DNA from: Rhynchobatus australiae | Lineage: Eukaryota | NCBI GenBank assembly: GCA_034780895.1 | Contig: JAUZTB010000057.1 | Span: forward strand, 25,377,040-25,441,039 | DNA: 64,000 nucleotides | Direction of reading: 5' to 3' | Part shown: positions 54,956 through 64,000 of the stretch, in pieces | Layout: every line of letters begins with the position of its first letter | How positions within the stretch are numbered: position 1 is the stretch's first letter | The notes under the pieces: generated by a model | What the model saw: the letters and a program-made list of their open reading frames with translations, nothing else | Databases searched by the model: none | What the model was told of the DNA's origin: nothing | Position numbers and translations under genes: made by a program

Positions 54956-55779
54956 GGCTAATCCAAATGAGTTTCTGGTCAAGGTTGACCCCAGAATATT
55001 GATGATGGGGCACTTGGTGACAACGTCAAGGCTAGGTGGTTAGACTCTTTCTTGATAGTTACTGACTAGCACTACTGTGGTGAAAATGTTACTTGCCTCT
55101 TATCATCCCATGCCCAAATCTTGCCTTCTTCACATTAGGAGTCCAGAATTGTTTGCAGTACACCATTATGATGGAACATTACTCCTGATTTTTTTTTCAG
55201 GAAGCACAGTGTGGTTCAGCTGGCCTACAGTCCAGATTCATCTTCCAAACAACAGGTCAGACCCTGACCACACTTCCTGCATACTCAAGTGAACCCCTAA
55301 GTCTTTCAAAATATCCACATCTTTCAGAATTGCTTCCTTGTTTCTAGGCTTTAAGTGTAGTATTTGTTATCATTTCCATGTAAATGACTACCTCATGTGG
55401 CAAAAGTTCCCTGGAATAGTTTGGAAAGATGTGGTTGCATGCAAATTTCAAACTATGGTCATTTTTTACTTGCTGAGTTACAGATATCACTAAATAGTCA
55501 GTGTAGAGAAGACAGATTTGCCTAACTGCCCTCGTGCACAGGAGATGCACAGGTTCTAGACTAGGTAGGTGAGGGCAAAGAACTTTAGGATTCTACTTCA
55601 GGTGCCCCTCTTGAGCTTACCCTCCTCATCTCAAACATAAAGGCCTTTACAAACCCAATAGATATTCTCATTTTTCCACCTGTCATGGTGGTTTTCAAAT
55701 ATCATCAACAACCAAGAATAACAAGCAAAGATATGGTTAGAAAAAAATGCAGAAAAATGCAGATGGACTCTTGTTCTCA

Positions 55780-55975
55780 CAATCTATCTCATTATGACCG
55801 TGCACCTTATTGTCTACCTGCACTACACTTTCTCTGTAGCTGCTACATTTCATTCTGCATTCTGTTATTGTTTTACTCTGATGCACTACCTGGATGCACT
55901 GTGTAATGAATTGAATAACATGCAAGACAAGTTTTTCACTGTATCTCAGTACATGTGACAAATAAACCAATTCCA
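55780..55975 (+). mobile_element. LINE-type 3' tail (same family as 14922-15110)
   Basis: Sequence similarity within the window. Confidence 0.7.
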
Positions 55976-56199
55976 GCTCTAAGAAAAGATGGCCTAACCA
56001 GAAAAGAAACTAACATATGAAGCAGATGTTGCTACAAACATAAAATGAATAGCTCAAAAGGACCTTGACTTAATGATTTTCTTTCACGAAGAGTTCTTGA
56101 ACAGACCAGGTCCCACAGTTACAGTCTACTTTAGAAACAATGGGATGTCCTTCAGTCCAAATTCAGTGAAATTCATTTTCTCACAGCATACAAGGCCTT

Positions 56200-56493
56200 T
56201 CAGCCCATTGAGTCTATGCCAGCTCTTGAAACAATCCCATCAATCCTATTCCCCTATTCATATTCCCTGCAACCCATTCTCACATGCCCATCAACTTCCA
56301 CTCATCTACACTAAGTATACTATACAGTAACGAATTAACCAACTAGCCAGCAAATCCTTAGGATGTGAAAGGCCATGCAGTTACAGGCAGAATGTACAAA
56401 TTTCACCTAGACAACACTATAAAGATCAGGATTGAACCTGGGTCACTGGAGATGTGAGGCAGCAGCACCAACTGCTGCCCCACCATGCTGCCC
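56200..56493 (-). mobile_element. V-SINE (HE1-like), near full length
   Basis: Minus strand GGGCAGCATGGTGG...CCCAGGTTCAATCC head and CR1-derived tail. Confidence 0.7.
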
Positions 56494-58507
56494 ATAAGTC
56501 AAGCCCATTTCAATGAGGCTTTCACTTGTTTGCCCCAGAACTGAACTCTGTCTTTTGTATTCCAACATTGCAAAGATCTGTGTTTATGTTCCAAAGGCTC
56601 CGATGTTCTGGGTTATGGAATACAAATATGTTTATTCTACAGNNNNNNNNNNNNNNNNNNNNNNNNNNNNNNNNNNNNNNNNNNNNNNNNNNNNNNNNNN
56701 NNNNNNNNNNNNNNNNNNNNNNNNNNNNNNNNNNNNNNNNNNTCCGATGTTCTGGGTTATGGAATACAAATATGTTTATTCTACAGTAAACCACATAGGT
56801 GGTGTATTACTTCAGTATGAAAACAGGAGCTTGTTCAGTGGGATATATGTGTGTGTAGCTGGGGAAAAGTTCTTTGAAGAAGTCTCAGCTGTGTATTGAT
56901 TTTGGCTAGGAATTTCCACCTTATTTCTGGTGTAACAATAGCATTAAGAGCCAGTTTGTGCTGTCCTTTTCAAAAAATGGCATACAAACTGAAGTTCCAC
57001 CAGAACTTCACTATATCAAAATTTCCTTGGAAAAATTTGACATTGGGGTGGAGATCCCCATTGTTCCTGGGAATGAGGAAGACAGTGTTGAATGGGTGGG
57101 GGAGCAGGAAGATGATAGGGTGGGGGAAGGAGACGGAGGTTTACAGGGAAACTTTGTCAGGTGGAAATGTCCCTGCTCTTCCTGTTCATGTCATAAATTT
57201 AGGTGCCTAATTCAGTACAACTGAGAGTATTGGAGTTTAAAAGCTATTTCTTTGTGATATTTAAAAGCTTTTCGTATTGAGCTTTGTACTAAACTTAACC
57301 AAAGTGCTCTCGCTCTCTCAACTGTTGTTCGTTTTTAGACTCTATCCACCCCACCTACTTCATAAGGCTGAAGCTACTGGAATGGCTCTCCAAATGGGTA
57401 TACCACTGCTCCTCATGATAAGTGAAATATAACAGCAGGAACAAGGCACATGGAGAGTGAGGCAAGGTTACTAGTTCTGGTTTGATATCTCCCTAGAGAT
57501 TTTATGATGAAGCATTTGATCACCTGGCACTCAAAGATCCGATGTGCTCATATGACTTAAATGACATGACATTCCATCTTAAGAAATTTGCCTACAATTT
57601 GCATTTGTTAGAGTACATGTAGCTGCATTTACCTCTGTTGAGTGTCTTATTGTCATAAAGCATCAAATAAAATGTTTTATAATATGAAAAAATAACAAAT
57701 TAGAAATTGAATAATAATTTAAAAAGAATGAAATGATTTAAAATATTTTTAAGTGCTGCTTGATGATTCTACAATATCAACAACAAAATGAAAAAAAAGC
57801 ACTGATGCATTAAAAAAATTGTCAGTCTATGTTTGTGTTGTCCTCTTCTCTGTTGTGCTCTCTCTCCCGGTTTGTGTCCTTCTCCTTCATTCCCCAGTTT
57901 CTCAGTGTTGCGCTTTCTGACTCAATCACACACACACCAACCACCCTCCTTCATCCTCCCAGTTTGTGCTATTCACTCTCTCTTCCTTAAGCAGCTGTCC
58001 CAGAATTTGAGTGTTTCTCGGTGATTTTCTTTGGTCCCAATACCATCATCCACAACCAGTAAAAAAGCCATGTATCCCAACTTCTGAGCTGGAGCAGCAG
58101 TAATTCTGGGATTGCACAGACACAAATCATACACATAAAAACCTCTCTTAAACTTCTCCCCAAGTGACCTTCAGCAGCAGTACCAGTCACCCACTCAAGT
58201 CAATTCTCGCTGATTTTATTGGCAGGATTGGGAACCTTAGACTGAGTTGCTTTGGCAGGAAACAGCATTTTATACTCAGATGATTATTAGTGGCCCAGCA
58301 TTCGGGCTTATTTTATGTTGGACTTTATGTCTCATCCTAGGCAAATGAGTTTATTAGGAAATTTAGGGCACATTATGGTCAGTGAACTAGGCATAGACAT
58401 GGGATCAAGCAAACTGCAAGCCTTAGTTAGCTCTTTATATGATCACCATAGGTTTAGAAACCATTACACCCATGTATCCCCTGCTGATCGTCAATAGTTA
58501 ACACTTT

Positions 58508-58730
58508 AGAGTCATAGAGTATACAGCACAGAAACAGGCCATTTGTCCTACCGCATTTATGCCAACCATTGCGTCCATCTATACTAATCCCACTTGACTG
58601 CATGAATTGCATATCCCTCTATGCCCTGCTTGTTGAAGTTCCTGTCCAGATACCTCTTACTTGTTTCTGTTCCTGTCTCCACCACATCTGGCAGTTCATT
58701 CCAGATACCAACCACCCTCTGTGTGAAAAA
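58508..58730 (-). mobile_element. CR1 LINE 3' end
   Basis: FFTQRVVGIWNELP plus tail. Confidence 0.85.
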
Positions 58731-58971
58731 GAGCAGTGTGCTTTGGCTAATTTCAGTTGCATTTTTCAAGGCGACTGTGGAATTTATGATCATAAATTGG
58801 ATATTTTGCTTCTTTTGTTTGAACAGATAACTACATTTTGTGGCTTCTCAACATGGACAATGTTGTCACCTGTAGCAATATTTTAATTTCACAGAAAGCC
58901 CTCCTTTCTCTCTGCTCCCACCCCTGAATTGCCCTCGAACAGAAGAGTATTTTAGAAATTATTCAACATAC

Positions 58972-59096
58972 CAAGTGCAGCAGAACACGCAAAGCGTCTC
59001 GGGCACGATCAGGATGCTGAAGGATTTCAGACAGAGCCTGACCAATGAGAGATGAGGGACTGTTCAATTTAACGTCATTTCCAATCAACGTGAATC
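58972..59096 (-). CDS. TTC28: TTC28 exon, 125 nt (G)FTLIGNDVKLNSPSSLIGQALSEILQHPDRARDALRVLLHL
   Basis: Pyrimidine tract and acceptor GCAG|GA completing Gly; donor TTG|GTATGT; phases match both neighbours. Confidence 0.93.
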
Positions 59097-59534
59097 CTGC
59101 AAAAGAAGAACAGTTTTGAAACAGACTTAATAAATAACTACCAATACTCAAATGCTTTATGTAAGTATGGACTGGCATTACTAACCAGGCTGCAAGGAAA
59201 GTAAGTGGAAAATCAGTGCACATAGTGATTGTGTCATATAGGACAACTCTAAACCATGAATGGCCAATGGCTGAAACCCAGTATAATTTATAATAACTAT
59301 AATCCCTGTAATCTTAAAATAAGCTTCACCAGTAATTTCTGTATGACAGTGACTATGCCACAACTGCAATCACCACATAAAACAGTAATCTTTGTATTAA
59401 TACCCTTGCTGCAAGAATCTATGCATAGTGACTGTAATCTGTTGTTACATTCCCTATACAACACGCGTTGAAAGTGATCTCTGTATCAAAATAACTATAC
59501 TCCCTTTATATCATGATGCAGTGGCAGGTGTGGC

Positions 59535-59952
59535 AGCCATGGCTACATGGTAGCACCATTTCACCTCTGAGAGAAAACATTATTCAAGCTCGATTTCAGA
59601 GGCCTGAGTGCAATCCTAGGTCGACACACCAGTGCAGTGCTGATGGAGTGTCGCACTGTCAGTGCTGTTGCCTTTTGGAAGATTGTTAAACTAAGCCACC
59701 TCCTACACTCTCAGATAAACATGAAAGGTTCCTTGCAGAGAAGAGCAGGGGAGCTATCTCCTGGGTCCTAGACAACTGTTAGCACTCAATCAAAGCACTA
59801 AAACAGATTGTCTCGTCATTATCAGATTATATTTTTGTAGGAACTCACTGTGCTGAAACTGTTGTGTTTTCTACAACAGTGCCTACTTGATATTTAATTG
59901 CCTCCAAACCAATTTGTATGCCTTAAAGTTGTAAAAGGCACTATGTAAACAC
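59535..59952 (+). mobile_element. DeuSINE (SacSINE1-like) copy
   Basis: tRNA-like head, CAGTGCAGTGCTGATGGAGTG core, AGAGCAGGGGAG...AAAACAGATT Deu-like domain, L2-type tail AAAGGCACTAT. Confidence 0.65.
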
Positions 59953-62261
59953 ATGTCATTCTTGCTTTTTTGAAGAGGGCATGTAATGCCTAACTACTGA
60001 ATTATGGATAATGAATGCATATTGCCCTGGAATTTTGCCCACAATTACATTCTTTGCAGCAGGATCTACGTGGGCTGGGTGTGGGGTGATGAGAGTATTT
60101 TGAGATTCGGTGCATGGGAGGACAGCTTTTCCAAACATGCTGTGTTTTTTTTGTCCGTGGTAGATCAGGAAGAATTGACCTCATCACGTACGTGGAGAGA
60201 GTGAGAGATGTTCGATTACTTACAAGCTGGATAATGCCACCTACAGAGGGATGGGGTGTGATAGCTGACTTCATGCTGTGAAGGGGAAATCTGAGATCCC
60301 CATTGTTCCTGGGACGAGGAAGACAGTGTTGGACAGGTGGGGGAGCAGGAAGATGATAGGGTGGGGGAAGGATACGGAGGCTTACAGGGAAACTTTCTGT
60401 CAGGAGGAAATGTCCCTGCTCTTCCTGTTCCACAAGCAGGACTGTAAAGGGAATTATTTTGTCCATTTTCCACCCTCCTTTCACCCATCCTGTTTCCTGA
60501 AACCCAGATATTATGATTCAGCCAATAGGAGTTAAAAAAAAATGGAATGACTGTTATGATGAAGACAGGTAACTTCATTACACAACTTAAAAAATCTACC
60601 AGCCTCCTATGAATGAGATGATAGCATGCCCTTTGACTTTCTTATGTTAGAGCTGGAACTGGGTGGGTTCAAGACAGGTAGTTTGTAAGGATTTTCAAAA
60701 AATTTTTCTTTCTGTTTTATCCTAAATCCGCACTTCATTTTACACAATTTTGAGGGCAACTTAGGTTTTAATCACCAAGTACACCAAAATCAATAACTGT
60801 GGGCAAACTGAAAACTTAGCACGAGCGATTATTATTTTTTTGCATGAAATACAAGCAAGGGTGAAACTGGCTTCAACAATACTCTGCAACATGGTGGAGC
60901 AGCAGCTTCAATTAAGCTCCAAGTTAATTGAAAGGAAAATGAGTAATGGTGCAACACTAACTANNNNNNNNNNNNNNNNNNNNNNNNNNNNNNNNNNNNN
61001 NNNNNNNNNNNNNNNNNNNNNNNNNNNNNNNNNNNNNNNNNNNNNNNNNNNNNNNNNNNNNNNNNNNNNNNNNNNNNNNNNNNNNNNNNNNNNNNNNNNN
61101 NNNNNNNNNNNNNNNNNNNNNNNNTGATCTGTATGAACAGTATGCAAGACAAGTTTTTCACTGTACCTCAGTACAAGTGACAATAATAAACCAATTCCAA
61201 TTCTTCTCAAGCACTTCCTGCTTGTCTATTACCTCCAGCAGAGTATCCACCACTTCTGATTGGGATCGGGATTGATGGTTTCATGTCCCTTTCCCCACCA
61301 TTAATCAATTTGATTTTCCAGCAACAAAATGACCTGATGTACATTTCCTATTGTCCCTTATCAGTGGAATCTCAATCACTTTTCACAGTGGTGGGCACAT
61401 TTACCCCCACCCCAAGCTGGTAATAGAAAATGATGAATAATCAAGGCTCCACTGGGACAAGGAGCACACTAATCAGTTGCCCATTTCCATCACTTTTCTT
61501 ACTAGCTGATTCTTTTCAATCTCAGTGAAGGATTTGAAAAGAAAATATTCATGAGGAGACCAATTTCCTCCAGTACACTGGAGATCATTATTCAATTCCT
61601 TTCTTCAATTGCTCCCTACTGTAATGTCTGAGGAGTTTGTTGATTAGTTATAAAAAAATACAAGAAGTTGGACAATGGGAATGGGAGTTTATTTATACTG
61701 TCCACCTGATTGAATTTGGTGATCTCAACAAATTCTGCATTTAATCTAATCACCTAAGATTTAATTGTAGATCTGCAACTAGAAATTAATCCACAAAAGC
61801 TGGCAATGCTTTGTAGAAAATCAGCTTAACCTGGTGCAGAACAATATTATGCCCATTTCTGGCTGCCTTAATGCCCACCTGAAAATTTCACTCCAGACCT
61901 CTTGGCAGGGTTTCCAACCTCCCAAGCCACATTATTTTTGAGCAGAAAATTCCCCCAAATGATGTTAGTACTGATGCATCACACAAATAAAATCTCCAGT
62001 GAGACTGTCAATCTTACCTCTGAAAAATTACTGTTCTTATTTACTCACCAAACAACCCTGTTTTCCCTCCTGAGCTACTTAAAGGGCCAACACGCAAACT
62101 TTATGCTCATTGAGACTTTTGATGTTCTACATCTCAAATAAAGGCTAACACATTTTCCTTAACTTCTTAGTTCACGGAGGTCAAGATCACAGTCAGTCTC
62201 TTCCATGCCTCACAATCACTGCATGCTGCTCCAACTGATCTCTGACGTAGCACAGAGTTTT

Positions 62262-62415
62262 GGTATTGGTATATTATTGTCACTTGTACTGAGGTATTGC
62301 ATACCGATCTTGTATTGCACATTGCAAACTTGTATTGCATACCGATCATACAGGTCAATTCATTACATAGTGCAGTTACATTGAGTTAGTACAGAGTGCA
62401 TTGAGGGTGCACAGG
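62262..62415 (-). mobile_element. LINE-type 3' tail (same family as 14922-15110)
   Basis: Reverse-complement match with local internal duplications. Confidence 0.7.
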
Positions 62416-63027
62416 TACATAGAATTTAAGTTTAAAAGTGTAGAATGATTATAGTGAGGGTAATGAGTAGATCTGTAGAGAGCAGCTTGCAACGAGTCCC
62501 CACGCTCCGGTTTGCCGCTCACGCTACACGATTAAGATCATCTGAATTCCACACTCAAGAAGAAGAAACTTCATCCATTTATCTTTCAACCTAAAGCAGC
62601 AGGCAGAGGGAGAACAGGCGCTCACCTACATCATAAGCTTCCCCAAGTGTCAGACATTCATTGACAATGCTCACATCCTTTGAGATTTCCCGAGTAACTG
62701 CGCACTATGGCTGCCTGACTATAGTCAGTCCCGTGTGCTACCCAGCCCTCCACCCACTCCACACAAAGAACCACCTAGTCCAGGTCCCTCTCCTATCCCT
62801 CATTCTAGCCCCTGTTCATTCAGTCGCAACTCACCCTCTGGTTGATGGGCTGGCAGTGTGTCTCTTTAAAAGCTGGCTGCAAAGGATGCATGTGCTGGGC
62901 CACAAGCTTAAACAGCGAGAACCTGCGGCACGTCAATAGGGAATGCCGCACAGAGACCGATATTGTCAGCGCAGCATTTCACAGGCAAACCCAACAACAT
63001 CATTCTGTCAGCCTCACAACTGAAGTT

Positions 63028-63250
63028 GTAAATCAAAAATGCTGGAAATCTGAAATAAAAACAAAAAGTGCTGGAAACACTCAGCAAGTTATGCAGCATC
63101 TGTGAAAAGAGGTACAAAGTCAATGTTTCAGGTCAAAGACCCTTCATCAGTTCTGACCACAGAGTCTTCAACCTGAAATGTTAACTCTGTTTCTCTTTCC
63201 ACAGATATTGCCTGACTTGCTGAGTTTCTCCAGCATTTTCTATTTCTATT
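63028..63250. mobile_element. Fold-back Penelope-derived element with hammerhead-like core
   Basis: Arms invert around ~63151; TSD TCACAA(C/T)TGAAGTT at 63014-63027 and 63251-63264. Confidence 0.8.
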
Positions 63251-63417
63251 TCACAATTGAAGTTCTCAGTCTTTATATAAGTTTCACAAACAACACTGAG
63301 GTGACTCACACCAAAATAAAATGCATGGAACAACTTCTAAGCCCTATCTTTTAGACTCCCTTTCTCCCAGATCCTTTCAATCCTCAATGCCATAGAGCTC
63401 AATAGATTTGAACAAAC

Positions 63418-64000
63418 CTGCCCAGTTTGAAGGATGCGCAAATTGCTTGCTGCTCTGGACAATCTTCATGGCTTCTCCAAGTGCCGCGCTAGATTTCATT
63501 CCATTGAGCAGAGAGGAGTAGAAGGTGTGCACAAACATCTTGGATGCAGCCACAGGCACGGGCCAAAGAGAGACCAAAACACATTGTGCTCCAGCAGCTA
63601 GAAAAGCTCGTGTCAGGCCAATAATACCATCTGCTGTTACTTTATTGTTAGATTCCTGGTAGGAACCAAGAACGACAAGCTTAACAGGGAGATGCAAGTC
63701 CAATATGTCAGCAGCTGTCAATAAGAACTCTTGCAGGGGAGGACTATCAGTTATGCTCTCCACATCACTCGCATCATCCGGCATCCTCAGCGATTCTGGA
63801 ATGGTGTAACTGTTTCCCAGAGAGCTCTTCCCACTAATGGAGTTTCCTTCATTATTTGGTGTAAGGACCAAGGCAGCAAGTTTCCAGGAGATGTGGGTTG
63901 CGAAATGGATGCACTCTGCCTGACTGAGCATGCTCATCACTCTCTCCTTGGTAGCAGCACTGTTAACCAGGGGCTGGCAGCCAAGCAGCTCTGAAACCAT
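63418..64000 (-). CDS. TTC28: TTC28 internal exon (5'-truncated by window edge), CHAT domain
   Basis: ORF ...AECIHFATHISWKL...LVVLGSYQES...GLTRAFLAAGAQCVLVSLWPV...HPSNWAG is recognisable as the TTC28 CHAT domain; donor GCAG|GTTTGT at 63417-63416, phase 1. Confidence 0.95.

Noticed and set aside
56600-56787. Identical ~43-bp sequence on both sides of a 100-N gap
   Set aside because: Typical unmerged contig overlap; assembly artefact rather than a biological repeat

Overview
Eukaryotic (vertebrate) genomic DNA from a gapped assembly. The repeat content (CR1/HER1-type LINEs, V-SINE, DeuSINE-like, Rex1, RTE, Penelope-derived elements) points to a cartilaginous fish; this is inference. The only recognisable gene is the 3' part of TTC28 on the minus strand. 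Eight coding exons can be spliced by hand with GT-AG sites and matching phases: 64000+..63418, 59096..58972, 53493..53262, 43894..43818, a 24-nt microexon 40327..40304, 35480..35351, 30030..29923 and 25257..23603 (stop). Positions 1 to ~20 kb show no recognisable exons. The most notable non-genic signal is a family of short fold-back Penelope-derived elements carrying minimal hammerhead-ribozyme cores and flanked by 7-14 bp target-site duplications; one has an in-window inverted paralog that shows the empty site. Also seen: a ~39-bp hairpin in the possible 3' UTR, a degenerate 33-bp repeat that looks like a coding relic, a direct repeat pair flanking one exon, a CHAT domain lacking its catalytic Cys, and two possible PUB-like repeats in TTC28.
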